From positions 243,070 to 307,069 of the forward strand of contig CBDANC010000013.1 in NCBI GenBank assembly GCA_965197425.1: a DNA stretch of 64,000 nucleotides. The letters run 5' to 3'. The notes beneath the pieces were generated by a model, which was given only the letters and a program-made list of their open reading frames with translations, had not been told where the DNA came from and ran no database searches. Shown in pieces: positions 31,425-42,312 of the stretch. Every line of letters starts with the position of its first letter. Positions within the stretch are counted from its first letter, which is position 1. The stretch is from Bdellovibrionales bacterium (GTDB taxonomy: Bacteria; Bdellovibrionota; Bdellovibrionia; Bdellovibrionales; JAUICD01). Position numbers and translations under genes: made by a program.

Positions 31425-31440
31425 TTAAGATTCCACGGTT

Positions 31441-32097
31441 TTATGATTTTTTATCACCAGTATCAGCTGGCTGTTCATCCTCTTTTTTATCTTCGATAGC
31501 CTCGTCAGCAGCTTCCTCTTGTTTAGGGATTTCTGATTCTTTGATTTGTTTCACAGAACACACCGCTATATTCTCTGTAGTAGTAAATTTCACACTCTCT
31601 GGTGCCTCAATGTCTGAAACATGTATTGTGTCCCCTATATCAAGAGGAGTAATATCAACCACAAGATGAGTTGGAATATCAGATGGCAAGCACTCTACTT
31701 CTAGGTTTCTTGTCTGAATTTCCAACTGTCCACCACTAGCTTCACCCTTGGCCTTACCCTCAAATTTAAGCTCAACAGATACCTTAACCTTAGTTGTCTT
31801 GCTAGTAGCATAAAAATCAACATGGATAGGTTTTCTACTAACAGGATCTCTTTCTATTTTTTTGATCAAAACATGCTTAGAGTTTAAATCATTCGAACTA
31901 GAGTTTAATACAAAAATATGGTTTTCAAACTCGTGACCAGAATACTTTTCCAAAAGCCTGCGATCCAAACAAACTGGCATATTTTTAACACCAGAGCCAT
32001 ATACAATGGCTGGAACATAATTCATTCTTCTTGCTCTTCTAGAGTGTCCTTTTCCAACTTCTCTTGGTTCAACCTTAAGTGTAATTTCTTTGCTCAT
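31441..32097 (-). CDS. rplY: 50S ribosomal protein L25/Ctc
   Basis: VPAIVYG, HVDFY, C-terminal TL5 domain; prs-rplY-pth synteny. Confidence 0.93.
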   Translation of the reverse strand: MSKEITLKVEPREVGKGHSRRARRMNYVPAIVYGSGVKNMPVCLDRRLLEKYSGHEFENHIFVLNSSSNDLNSKHVLIKKIERDPVSRKPIHVDFYATSKTTKVKVSVELKFEGKAKGEASGGQLEIQTRNLEVECLPSDIPTHLVVDITPLDIGDTIHVSDIEAPESVKFTTTENIAVCSVKQIKESEIPKQEEAADEAIEDKKEDEQPADTGDKKS

Positions 32098-32106
32098 AAA
32101 ATACCC

Positions 32107-33054
32107 TTATAAAAATAATGAACTTACCGATTCCCTTTTATGTATACACAAAATAGCCTCCGCAATCATCTGAGCCATTGAAACAACTTTTAAGTTGCTA
32201 TAAGCCTTTGCATTTTCTACTTGCGGGATGGTATCTGTAACCCAAACATCTCTCAAACCACTATTGTTTAAAAGCCCCAGTGCTTTGTTAGAAAAGATTC
32301 CATGAGTTACAATGGCCGACACTTGTTCTGCACCATTTTTTATCAAAATGTCAACCGATTGTATCAAAGTACCAGCAGTATCTATCATATCATCAAAAAT
32401 AATAGCTCTTTTCCCTGTAACATCTCCAATAAGGCTATGAGCTTTCGCCTCATTAGGCCTTGGCCGCCTCTTGTCGATCACAGCAACTGGAGCATTTACA
32501 CGGTTTGCAAAATGCAAAGCCCTTTCTACACCACCAGCATCAGGGCTAATAACCACATAATCCACCTTGTCTGAAACTTGTGCTTCCCACTGTTTTGCAA
32601 AGGCACGACCGGATAATAAATTATCAACAGGTATGTCAAAAAAGCCCTGTATCTGAGGAGCATGTAGATCAACCGACAGCAATCTATCTGCACCAGCCTT
32701 GGATATTAAATTTGCCACAAGTTTTGCAGATATAGGAGTTCTTGGAGTGGATTTTTTATCTTGCCTAGAATAGCCGTAGTAAGGAACAATGGCCGTAATT
32801 TTATCAGCGGATGCACGCTTTAAAGCATCCACAAAGATTAAAAGCTCCATTAAATTTTCATTTACAGGCGGACAAGTACTCTGAATGACATACACATCTT
32901 GACCTCTTACATTTTCATTTATCGATAAATGTATTTCCCCATCTTGGAAGCGCTTTAAAGTACAGTCCCCCAAAGGAATTCCCAAACAAGATGCTATTTT
33001 TTGGTTTAGGTCTGGGTTGGAATTTCCACCAAAAACTTTTATGTTGCTATCCAT
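32107..33054 (-). CDS. prs: Ribose-phosphate pyrophosphokinase
   Basis: PYYGYSRQD, DLHAPQIQGFF, SPDAGG, DDMIDTAGT. Confidence 0.96.
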   Translation of the reverse strand: MDSNIKVFGGNSNPDLNQKIASCLGIPLGDCTLKRFQDGEIHLSINENVRGQDVYVIQSTCPPVNENLMELLIFVDALKRASADKITAIVPYYGYSRQDKKSTPRTPISAKLVANLISKAGADRLLSVDLHAPQIQGFFDIPVDNLLSGRAFAKQWEAQVSDKVDYVVISPDAGGVERALHFANRVNAPVAVIDKRRPRPNEAKAHSLIGDVTGKRAIIFDDMIDTAGTLIQSVDILIKNGAEQVSAIVTHGIFSNKALGLLNNSGLRDVWVTDTIPQVENAKAYSNLKVVSMAQMIAEAILCIHKRESVSSLFL

Positions 33055-33094
33055 ATACAATACCGTTAGAACGCAAAAACAAAAAAGTCAACTT

Positions 33095-33217
33095 AAGGTC
33101 TCAGCAAGAACTGAAAGTTGCCTAGGCGAAATGCAGTGCAAAGCACAAGTGTAGCCAAGGTACTCTCAGTATCAGAGTTGCCCAGCTCCGTAGGTATAAA
33201 TACGACAAGAGTCACTT
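33095..33217 (+). repeat. 123-nt structured element (subfamily B)
   Basis: Close to 33301-33423 and 47955-48045; followed by the head-like AAGATCTTC. Confidence 0.9.
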
Positions 33218-33228
33218 AAGATCTTCTT

Positions 33229-33252
33229 CAGGCACACTGGCAAACAGGCAAT
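33229..33252 (+). repeat. Octamer array (CAGGCACA CTGGCAAA CAGGCAAT) between two 123-nt elements
   Basis: Same family as 16274-16336. Confidence 0.6.
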
Positions 33253-33300
33253 CAATACAAGTTGATAGACAAATAATCTCTGTTAGGCAAAACTACTAAA

Positions 33301-33423
33301 AAGGTCTTCGCTAAAACTGAAAGTTGCCTAGGCGAAATGCAGTGCAAAGCACAAATGTAGCCAAGGTACTTTCAGTATTAGCGTTGCCCAGCAATGTAGG
33401 TATAAATACAACAAGAGTCACTT
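33301..33423 (+). repeat. 123-nt structured element (subfamily B)
   Basis: Stem CGCTAAAACTGAAAGT/ACTTTCAGTATTAGCG; ends 1 nt before the next ATG. Confidence 0.9.
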
Positions 33424-33424
33424 T

Positions 33425-35500
33425 ATGAAAAAATTTAAACAACATGACAAATTTGTTTTAATTCAAAACATTTTTGATCTACTTGCACTTATTTCGATGG
33501 TGATTTTATTTTTTCATTTTGCACCGAGTGATCTGTTTAACACACTACCCGCCACCGGAGGAGACACAGGTTCACATTTTTGGCCAGTATACACACTCCA
33601 CCACTACGGTATACCAAACTTAGATTTCAGACTATGGAATCCAGGTAACATAGGTGGAGAACCACAACTGATACACTACTTTCCACTACCCTTTATTTTG
33701 ATGGCACTTCTAGGATTTATCATGGATTTAGGACTAGCATTCAATTTGGGCACAGCGCTTGGAACATTTGCTTTACCCTTTGTTGTATATGCTTCTATTA
33801 GAATTATAGGACATAAATTCCCTGCTCCCATTATCACGGCTTTTTTCACAATACCCTTCATATACAGTGAAACTTACTCCATATTTGGTGGAAATTTTTT
33901 ATCTACTATGTCTGGGCAGTTTGCACATGCATATGCTATTTGTTTTTTAATACTAGCTGTTGCATTTATTATAAGAGCTATTAAAAAAAATCGTGTTTCT
34001 GCTGCAGGGATTATCCTGCTATCCATGACAGCCCTGTCACATGCGTATATATTTTTAATAGCACCATTCTTTTTTCTGTCTATTTTGGTGTTAGCTAGAA
34101 AAGAAGAAAGATTTAAATGGTTAAAAATATTTTTTGTAACAGGGGTGATGACCTTGCTTATAACTTGTTGGCTGATATGGCCAATGATAGACCACCAACC
34201 TTGGATGACCCCCAATCCTATGGTATTTGGAGTCGATGGGTTCAAAGATGTTTTTGTCTCAAGAATGTTATACCCAGCAGGCATTTTTATGTTTCTTGCT
34301 ACTATTGTTTTACTGTTTAGAAAACAAGGGCAAATTTTTAGAGATGTTTTGGTGTGGGTGATCCCTGCCATAACTTATGTTGGTTTATTTTTTCTTCTAC
34401 CAAAATTTGGACTAGTGGATGCAAGGGCATTGCCACAAACTCTTTTATTTAGCTTAATAGCTGCAGGTATGCTTACCGCTTGTTGTATTAAGTCTACCAA
34501 GTACAGAATCATACCTTTCATAATGGTCCCTATAATATCAGCAAGTTTGGTTACTTGGACTATTTTACATGTGAAGGCTTTACCTCATTGGATGAAGTGG
34601 AATTACTCTGGCTGGCAGGACAAAAAACACTATGTGTTTGTTAGGTCAATATCAGAAGCTTTAGAACCTGGATTTGATAAGCCTAGAGTTATCTACGAAC
34701 ATCATCCTGAATTGAATCAAGCAGGTACTACAAGAGTTTTTGAAATGTTACCTTACTTTGCCAAAAGAGCCACTATGGAAGGGCTTTATCTACAAAGCTC
34801 TCTGTTGTCTCCTGCATCCTTATATCTACAATCGCAAATTAGCACAAATCCTAGCTGTGCTGTAAAACAATTTAAGTGTACAAATCTATCCTTTGATACT
34901 TTAAAAAATAAAATGGATCTTAATGCTGTAAGCTCAATTATCGTTATAACAAAAAAGGTGAAGGATAGTGCCAACAATTACAAAGATTTAGTGCTTCACA
35001 GTGCGCATGGCCCTTATAGTATTTATACTTTAAAGTATGAACCTAAATATGCAACACCACTAACTGGAAATGCTAGTTTGATGGAATACAAAAATGAGTG
35101 GAGATTTGAAGCACATGATTGGTTTATGAATTATGACGGAGAAAATAATTGGAAAATAGTTGATCTCCCTGGATTAAATAATTCTGAATTTATAGAGGCT
35201 ATTTTGAGTAATAAAGTTTCTGACTGCAACACAAAAGTTGAAGTAGATTTTAATGGATTTGAGTTTTCAACCTCCTGTCCTGGAGTGCCACATATATTGA
35301 AGTTTGCATATCAAGATTCTTTTAAGAACTCATCTGATCTTCCTATGTACTTAGTAGCTCCTGGTATGATTGGCTTTATTCCAAATGAGGAAAAGACTAT
35401 TTTTGAGTTTGGACAGAAGTTAAGTTGGAAAGTTGCAGATTATGTTTCTTTATTAAGTTTCATACTTATCTTTTTTGTAAGACAAAAATTCCGTCCCTAG
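33425..35500 (+). CDS. Polytopic membrane protein, PTPS-related/YfhO-like (putative GT-C glycosyltransferase)
   Basis: TGGDTGSH, HYFPLP, GGN..ST..GQF, many TM helices, periplasmic C-domain. Confidence 0.65.
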   Translation: MKKFKQHDKFVLIQNIFDLLALISMVILFFHFAPSDLFNTLPATGGDTGSHFWPVYTLHHYGIPNLDFRLWNPGNIGGEPQLIHYFPLPFILMALLGFIMDLGLAFNLGTALGTFALPFVVYASIRIIGHKFPAPIITAFFTIPFIYSETYSIFGGNFLSTMSGQFAHAYAICFLILAVAFIIRAIKKNRVSAAGIILLSMTALSHAYIFLIAPFFFLSILVLARKEERFKWLKIFFVTGVMTLLITCWLIWPMIDHQPWMTPNPMVFGVDGFKDVFVSRMLYPAGIFMFLATIVLLFRKQGQIFRDVLVWVIPAITYVGLFFLLPKFGLVDARALPQTLLFSLIAAGMLTACCIKSTKYRIIPFIMVPIISASLVTWTILHVKALPHWMKWNYSGWQDKKHYVFVRSISEALEPGFDKPRVIYEHHPELNQAGTTRVFEMLPYFAKRATMEGLYLQSSLLSPASLYLQSQISTNPSCAVKQFKCTNLSFDTLKNKMDLNAVSSIIVITKKVKDSANNYKDLVLHSAHGPYSIYTLKYEPKYATPLTGNASLMEYKNEWRFEAHDWFMNYDGENNWKIVDLPGLNNSEFIEAILSNKVSDCNTKVEVDFNGFEFSTSCPGVPHILKFAYQDSFKNSSDLPMYLVAPGMIGFIPNEEKTIFEFGQKLSWKVADYVSLLSFILIFFVRQKFRP

Positions 35501-35701
35501 TTTTTTATCAAAAAAAGACATATCTGAACTATTGTTAGTTCTTCTATTTTTTGTTAGAGCATAGAGGCTAATAGAAGTTAAAGCTAATGTTACACCATCA
35601 GTATTAAAGTGGGCCAATTAGGAAGGAGATTTTAGCGGCAATCCTCATATCCCCTAAGCCTTACAGGCCTGGATAATACCGAACTTACAAAATAAGCGAG
35701 G

Positions 35702-36421
35702 TTATCTCGTAGGGAATACTACACCTATTGCTAGACTCTTATTTTCCTCTTGCTGTAACGCAGATAATGTAAAATCCATATCATCAATGAAGCTAGAGTC
35801 ATTGCCGTCTGAATTAAATGCCACTCGATTATCTCTAGTTAATAAACCTTTAACTAAATCAAAAGTTTTCCATGCAGCTAAACCTGATAGAGTAGCAACA
35901 CTTATGTTTCGAACAGTGCTATTCCCCCAATCTACACCAGAAGCCAAATCAATAACTTCCCACACACGTAAACCACCAAAACCCAATAAACTTACTAATG
36001 CAGCAGTATCATATCCTTTTGCAGCAAATGCAAAAGTACCAACCGCAGTACCCAACTGACCAAAAGTAAAAATAGCTCCATTACTCTCGGACCAACGGCC
36101 TTGAATGGCATGACCCACACCAAATGGAACAAATGACCCCACACTTAATCCTCCTATAGGTCTATATGACTCATCTTCTGAGTCATTAACACTTAATTGG
36201 CTGTAAATTTGATGATAAGAATTATTGTTATACTCCAACTTACCCATAACAAAAGACTCCACCGCATTTCTTATGGCTTGATGCCCTACAGCTTCATCTT
36301 GGGTACTCGCTACAAATAAAATGACCTCATCATCATTTAAATTAAAATTTAACTTGTCAGATGCACTAGCTGTGTAGCTTCCAAAAATAAAAATTATTAG
36401 AAAAATTTTTTTTAAACTCAT
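35702..36421 (-). CDS. Hypothetical exported/membrane protein
   Basis: SD GGAGGA, signal peptide, PFGVGHAIQGRW segment reminiscent of Borrelia P13-like proteins. Confidence 0.55.
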   Translation of the reverse strand: MSLKKIFLIIFIFGSYTASASDKLNFNLNDDEVILFVASTQDEAVGHQAIRNAVESFVMGKLEYNNNSYHQIYSQLSVNDSEDESYRPIGGLSVGSFVPFGVGHAIQGRWSESNGAIFTFGQLGTAVGTFAFAAKGYDTAALVSLLGFGGLRVWEVIDLASGVDWGNSTVRNISVATLSGLAAWKTFDLVKGLLTRDNRVAFNSDGNDSSFIDDMDFTLSALQQEENKSLAIGVVFPTR

Positions 36422-36508
36422 GGCAAAATCCTCCAAGATACTCAGTAAAGTATACAACCTATTTTAAAAAATTTTGAAAAAAAATCTAGGACTAGACTTT
36501 TGACCTTT

Positions 36509-36635
36509 AAGGTCTTTAAGTGAGTCAAAAACATGGATTAAGCGGAGCATAGAACAGGGTCCAAACGAAGCAAATCTAAGTTTTGGACTCAGTGTTGCTC
36601 AGCTTTGTAGGTTTAAATACGACAAAACTCACATT
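36509..36635 (+). repeat. Diverged 123-nt structured element
   Basis: AAGGTCTTT head; stem GAGTCAAAAAC/GTTTTGGACTC; TTGCTCAGCT; tail GTAGGTTTAAATACGAC matches subfamily B. Confidence 0.75.
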
Positions 36636-36680
36636 ATAAAAAGGAAGGTTCAAGACAACTTAAGCCTTATAATATTAAAT

Positions 36681-39600
36681 CTAACTTCCAGATGATTCTA
36701 CACACTGACCAGTATTGGTATCTTCATAGATATGCGTACGGTAATAGTTCTGTTGGTCATCTATTTCCCCCAGATAGCCATACTCACCTTCCATGTTGCC
36801 TATACTGTTGCCCTCACTGGATACGATAGACACAATATCTTCTAAATGGCTGTAGTCTTTTGAATAAAAGTAGTTTCTTAATTTAATTCTATAGATAGCA
36901 TTGCTACACACATAGTGATCTTGATCTTGTATTCTAATTTGTGATTTATACAGTCCATCCGCTAGATCTCTATCTACATAGATCTCAACAGTTATCTCAC
37001 CATTACCATCAGCTATTGGATTTCCTAATAAGTTATCTCCAACTCCATCTGCATTGTCATCTATTGGTTCACATTCTTCATAGTTGGTGACATCATTTGT
37101 ACCATCGTCATTAGTATCACAGTCCACTTCCACTAATTCAACCACCTTAGCTACCTCAGATTCAGAAATTCTCTTGTTGAAATAGTTGCCACTGCTAATG
37201 GTTTCTTCTGGATCGACATAACCAACAATACCATCAAATAAAATTTCTATTGTGTGATCTTTTGGTACTATGTACTCTATATTACTTCCTGATCTTGAAA
37301 TAATACTATCATCACTGTCATCTTTAAAAGAAATGGCTGCGGTTGGAATGCCAATACATCCCACTTTATCACCAACATCATCTATAACTGTAAACACTCC
37401 ACTACTGCCAGCATCGCATGCATCTTCTTCTAGATGAAAGATTATATGAGTTGCTACTGTTGGCAGATAACCATCCACCAAATTATCTGCCCTATATGCG
37501 TCTGGAGCATCAGATTTAAAGACATAGTTTTCTAGTTCCACTACATGATCACCTGTGATCGTTTTAGTACAAGTTTCAAGAATTGGATTACCGTTCTCAT
37601 CTAATAACGGATTACCATCCTCATCACGTGCTATGCATTCATATTCAATCTCAGAAGTAGCACTTAATCCATTATCAGGAGGTTCTATTATGATATAAGA
37701 CCCATTTGCATCAACACCCACAGTAATTTTATCTATGGTATATTCTGTTCCCATTTTATTTCTTCCGGTAGTACAATCTGTGTAGTCCTGTGCTGAATCA
37801 CTGTCACATTCATCTATTTGTCTAATATCAACCATATCAAACACTCTTTGTAAGCTCAGTGTTTCCCAACCTTGCTCTACTATATAAGCAATTTCTCCGT
37901 TAAATCTAATTGTTAAAACAGCATCTCTAGGTACAACAAATGCACGGCCAGCTTCCCTGCTAATATTCTGTCCATCACTAGTTGTAAATTCAAATGTAGG
38001 AGTTGGAAGTTTTATACATTCAGCATTTTGACCATCTTTTCTAAGCTGGAAGTAACCCAATTCACCTCTAGCACATGGGGTATTACGTGTACCAACATAA
38101 AATGCAGAGGTTCTAGTAGCTCTCTGTAGATAATCACTTCTATTATCACTAACTGAAACCGCCTGAGCATCTGAATCTCTAACATAACCCTCTATCTCTA
38201 CAGAGTAATCTCCATCTAGATAACCACCAACAGGAGGCTCAATTTTAATACGATGATTACCTGAAACAACCTCAACACTTAACTGTTCTAGACCTATTGA
38301 ATCACCAATTAAATTACTACCTCCATTAACACTAGAAATCTCAAGCATATCCAACAAATGATTATTAGATAATATCTCAAAATCTCCATCATCATCTATG
38401 TGAGAAACTTTAGAGTCAAAGTCTACTGTAATAACAACATCATCAGCACCATTAGACGAACTATAAGAAACATCAACCACAGAAAGCTCTATACACTCAG
38501 CATCCTGACCATCTCTTTTAAGCTGGAAGTAACCTGATTCACCTCTAGCACACGGAGTATTACGTGTACCAACATAAAACGCAGAAGTCTTCGTAGCTCT
38601 TTGTAGATAATCACCTCTATTATCACTAACTGAAACTGCCTGAACATCTAAATCTCTAACATAACCCTCTATCTCTACAGAGTAATCTCCATCTAGATAA
38701 CCACCAACAGGAGGCTCAATTTTAATACGATGATTACCTGAAACAACCTCAACACTCAACTGCTCTAGACCTATTGAATCACCAATTAAATTACTACCAC
38801 CATTAACACCAGAAATCTCAAGCATATCCAACAAATGATTATTAGAAACTTGCTCAAAATCTCCATTATCATCTAAGTAAGAAACCGTAGAATCAAAATC
38901 TACCGTAATAACAACATCATCAGCACCATTAGACGAACTATAAGAAACATCAACCACAGAAAGCTCTATACACCCAGCATCCTGACCATCTCTTCTAAGT
39001 TGGAAGTAACCCGCTTCACCCCTGGCACATGGAGTATTACGTGTACCCACATAAAATGCAGAAGTCCTCGTAGCTTTCTGTAGATAATCATCTCTATTAT
39101 CACTAACTGAAACCGCCTGAGCATCTGAATCTCTAACATAACCCTCTATCGATACAGCGTAATCCCCATCTAGATAACCACCAACAGGAGGCTCAATTTT
39201 AATACGATGACTACCTGAAACAACCTCCACACTCAACTGCTCTAGACCTATTGAATCACCAATTAAATTACCACCACCATTAACACGCGAAATCTCAAGC
39301 ATCTCCAACAAATGATTGTTAGATAAACCCTCAAAATCTCCATCACCTTCTATATGAGCAACTCTGGAATCAAAACCTACCGTAATAACAACATCATCAG
39401 CACCATTAAACGAATCATAAGAAACATCAACCGCAGAAAGCTTTATACACTCAGCATCTTGACCATCTTTTCTAAGCTGGAAGTAACCCGATTCACCCCT
39501 AGTACAAGGAGTTTCTGGATTCTCCACATAAAATACAGAATGCTTCTTGATTAGAGATAAATATCTAGTCCTACTGCTATCTCCAGTACCTTCACTATTA

Positions 39601-42278
39601 AGAATGGAGTTTGCGTCCGAAAGCTTAGCATAATTTTCTATCGAAATCTCATAGTCATTCTCATCATAACCCCCGCTTGGCGGCATGACCCTAATGTAAG
39701 TATTACCACCAGAAGTTAAACCAAAGCTAAGGTTAGCAACCCCTATTGTATCCCCAACAAGATTACCTCCACCAACAGGTCCAATTTTCACCATATCCAA
39801 GAGACGATGAATGGAAAGTTCTTCCCATATAAACGTTCCTCCACCAGTAGTATTTCTTCCAAAATATGCAATTTCAGAATCAAATACTATGTCAATTACA
39901 ACATCGTCTGAACCATCAGAATCATCACTTGTTACACCATCACTGGTGTATTGAAAGGAAACCTCAGAAAGCTCGATGCATCTAAGACTATTACCACTAG
40001 CATCTTCAAGCTGGAACCAACCCTCTTCACCTCTGGTACAAGGGGTCTCTGGATTACCCACATAAAATACAGAATACTTCCTAGATACAGATAAATATCT
40101 AGTCCTATTCACGCTGTTGGCAATCAAATTGCCTTCTTCCAACCTAGCATAATTCTCTACTGAAACTTCATAGTTACCTTCCTCGTAACCTCCGCTTGGG
40201 GGCATGATCCTAATATAATGATTATCATCATCAGTTAAACCAAAGCTAAGGTTAGCAACCCCTATCGTATTTCCAACAAGATTACCTCCACCAAGTGGTC
40301 TTACCACAAGCATATCTAATAGACGATGTATCGAAAGATCTTCTAAAACAAAATCATTACTACCACCACTAACTCCTCCAAGATACAAGACTTCAGAATC
40401 AAACACTACGTCAATTACAACATCACTTGAACCATCTGAAGAACTTGATGTGGTACCATCATTTGTGTAGCTAAAAGAAACAACGGAGAGTGATATACAC
40501 CTGATCTTTCTGCCATCATCATCCACAAGCTGAAACCAACCCCGCTCACCCCTAGTACAAGGGGTCTCTGGATCGCCCACATAAAATACAGAATGCTTCT
40601 TGATTAGAGATAAATATCTAGTCCTACTGCTATTACTACTGTTAGTAATAAGCCTTTCATCTGACAACTTAGCATAATTTTCTACCGAAACTTCATAGTT
40701 ACCTTCATCATAACCCTCGCCTGGCGGCATGATCCTAATATAATGGTTACCACCAGAAGTTAAACCAAAGCTAAGGTCATCAACTCCTATTATATCCCCA
40801 ACAAGATTACTTCCACCAAGTGGTCTTACCACAAGCATATCTAATAGACGATGTATCGAAAGATCTTCTAAAACAAAACCACTTCCAGATCTTCCAAAAT
40901 ATGCAATTTCAGAATCAAACACCATGTCAATTACAACATCGTTTGAACCATCAGAATAATCGCTTGCTTCACCATCATTTATGTACTTAAAGGAAACTCT
41001 AGGGAGTTTTATGCAACTAAGTTTATTTCCACTTTCACCTTTAAGTTGAAACCAACCCCGCTCTCCATTAGTACACGGTGTTATAGGTTCTCCTGCAAAA
41101 AATACAGTTTCCTCTTGTACTTCACTTAAATACTTATCCTTATTACTACTCGCAAAAATTAAAGGTACATCTTCTGCTTTTGCGTAATTTTTCGAAGTGA
41201 TCTTATAACTACCTGCTGGATAAACACCATTCAGTAATTGAGGAGGTTTGACAGTTATATGTGACTTGCCGCCCTCATAATCAACTTCAAAATCATCGAC
41301 CAAAATTAACTGACCTACAAGATTTCGATTATCTTCATTAGTTATCTCTATCATATTATAGAGATCAATGCTTTTAGATAGTGCAGAACCTCTTCCATCT
41401 TCATCGAGATAAGATACGTGAGCATCAAAGTTAATATGGATATAAACGTCTTCCTTCGGCTCATTTGATGTGCCAGAAATAGATGTGCCACTGCTATCTT
41501 TAAAATCGAACTCTACTTCAGGAAGTTTAATACAGTTGTATTCATCTTTGCCCCCACTACTTTCCTTTTCTAGTAGAAAATAGCCACTTAAACCCGAATT
41601 ACAAACTTGTTCATGACCTGATAAGTCATCACAGGCAGATAGACCAAGAGAAGCAAGTATCAACATTGCTCCACTAAGCACGGGTTTTATTTTGTCACCT
41701 AAAACACGAGAAACAGGCCTTGCAAATTTTAACCCTCTGACAGGAGTTAGTAAAAATAAAGACTGTGCAACTGAAAACTTAGTCCCCTCTCTATTACCTG
41801 GGTTATTTACAGCATAAGTATCATCTCGATTGTTTAAATCTAGATTGCCAAAAGCAGATTCACCAAAAGATTTATATTTCTGTTCTTCAACTTTTTTAAT
41901 CCCCAGCCTATTACAGTAGAGATTATTTAACGATTCATCCGAAGAACATAACGAAGACACAAATTTAAGGATGGAATCTTCGCACTGTTTAGTGTCTATT
42001 AACAGATTACCATCTTCATTTGTTTGTTGTAACTTATCAAAAATTTCTTGTGAAGAAAGCTTGTCACCATCAATTGAATAGGCAACTTCTGATAGAATAT
42101 CACATCTTGCTACCGCATTTGCTATGAGGTCCAGGTCATGCTCACTTGGCTGGGTGTAACTTTCTAAATTACCTGAAGCTGGATTCAACACCGGCGGAGT
42201 GTCCGTGCTTTGAGCATGTACATAACCTGTGAGTATAAAAACTAATAAAAAAGCTACGTAGCTTAAAAGCCCTTTCAA
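36681..42278 (-). CDS. Giant repeat surface protein, paralog 1 (1865 aa)
   Basis: Signal peptide, internal LSAC lipobox (Cys216), ~160-180-aa beta-rich repeats joined by TPC..GE.G.F.L...CI.L loops. Confidence 0.85.
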   Translation of the reverse strand: MKGLLSYVAFLLVFILTGYVHAQSTDTPPVLNPASGNLESYTQPSEHDLDLIANAVARCDILSEVAYSIDGDKLSSQEIFDKLQQTNEDGNLLIDTKQCEDSILKFVSSLCSSDESLNNLYCNRLGIKKVEEQKYKSFGESAFGNLDLNNRDDTYAVNNPGNREGTKFSVAQSLFLLTPVRGLKFARPVSRVLGDKIKPVLSGAMLILASLGLSACDDLSGHEQVCNSGLSGYFLLEKESSGGKDEYNCIKLPEVEFDFKDSSGTSISGTSNEPKEDVYIHINFDAHVSYLDEDGRGSALSKSIDLYNMIEITNEDNRNLVGQLILVDDFEVDYEGGKSHITVKPPQLLNGVYPAGSYKITSKNYAKAEDVPLIFASSNKDKYLSEVQEETVFFAGEPITPCTNGERGWFQLKGESGNKLSCIKLPRVSFKYINDGEASDYSDGSNDVVIDMVFDSEIAYFGRSGSGFVLEDLSIHRLLDMLVVRPLGGSNLVGDIIGVDDLSFGLTSGGNHYIRIMPPGEGYDEGNYEVSVENYAKLSDERLITNSSNSSRTRYLSLIKKHSVFYVGDPETPCTRGERGWFQLVDDDGRKIRCISLSVVSFSYTNDGTTSSSSDGSSDVVIDVVFDSEVLYLGGVSGGSNDFVLEDLSIHRLLDMLVVRPLGGGNLVGNTIGVANLSFGLTDDDNHYIRIMPPSGGYEEGNYEVSVENYARLEEGNLIANSVNRTRYLSVSRKYSVFYVGNPETPCTRGEEGWFQLEDASGNSLRCIELSEVSFQYTSDGVTSDDSDGSDDVVIDIVFDSEIAYFGRNTTGGGTFIWEELSIHRLLDMVKIGPVGGGNLVGDTIGVANLSFGLTSGGNTYIRVMPPSGGYDENDYEISIENYAKLSDANSILNSEGTGDSSRTRYLSLIKKHSVFYVENPETPCTRGESGYFQLRKDGQDAECIKLSAVDVSYDSFNGADDVVITVGFDSRVAHIEGDGDFEGLSNNHLLEMLEISRVNGGGNLIGDSIGLEQLSVEVVSGSHRIKIEPPVGGYLDGDYAVSIEGYVRDSDAQAVSVSDNRDDYLQKATRTSAFYVGTRNTPCARGEAGYFQLRRDGQDAGCIELSVVDVSYSSSNGADDVVITVDFDSTVSYLDDNGDFEQVSNNHLLDMLEISGVNGGSNLIGDSIGLEQLSVEVVSGNHRIKIEPPVGGYLDGDYSVEIEGYVRDLDVQAVSVSDNRGDYLQRATKTSAFYVGTRNTPCARGESGYFQLKRDGQDAECIELSVVDVSYSSSNGADDVVITVDFDSKVSHIDDDGDFEILSNNHLLDMLEISSVNGGSNLIGDSIGLEQLSVEVVSGNHRIKIEPPVGGYLDGDYSVEIEGYVRDSDAQAVSVSDNRSDYLQRATRTSAFYVGTRNTPCARGELGYFQLRKDGQNAECIKLPTPTFEFTTSDGQNISREAGRAFVVPRDAVLTIRFNGEIAYIVEQGWETLSLQRVFDMVDIRQIDECDSDSAQDYTDCTTGRNKMGTEYTIDKITVGVDANGSYIIIEPPDNGLSATSEIEYECIARDEDGNPLLDENGNPILETCTKTITGDHVVELENYVFKSDAPDAYRADNLVDGYLPTVATHIIFHLEEDACDAGSSGVFTVIDDVGDKVGCIGIPTAAISFKDDSDDSIISRSGSNIEYIVPKDHTIEILFDGIVGYVDPEETISSGNYFNKRISESEVAKVVELVEVDCDTNDDGTNDVTNYEECEPIDDNADGVGDNLLGNPIADGNGEITVEIYVDRDLADGLYKSQIRIQDQDHYVCSNAIYRIKLRNYFYSKDYSHLEDIVSIVSSEGNSIGNMEGEYGYLGEIDDQQNYYRTHIYEDTNTGQCVESSGS
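38013..39500 (-). repeat. Three near-identical 477-bp intragenic units
   Basis: Anchor TATACA recurs at 38013, 38490, 38967 and 39444. Confidence 0.9.
42189..42206 (-). repeat. 18-bp micro-element inside paralog 1 (TDTPPV)
   Basis: ACGGACACTCCGCCGGTG between AGC and TTG; absent at the same site in paralog 2. Confidence 0.9.
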
Positions 42279-42312
42279 AAATCCCCCAAAAAATAAGATA
42301 CCCCAGTGGAGA

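Noticed and set aside
33095..33423. CRISPR array or integron attC array
   Set aside because: Units are ~123 nt, dispersed, with no unique spacers, no cas or intI genes, and no consistent GTTRRRY/RYYYAAC ends.
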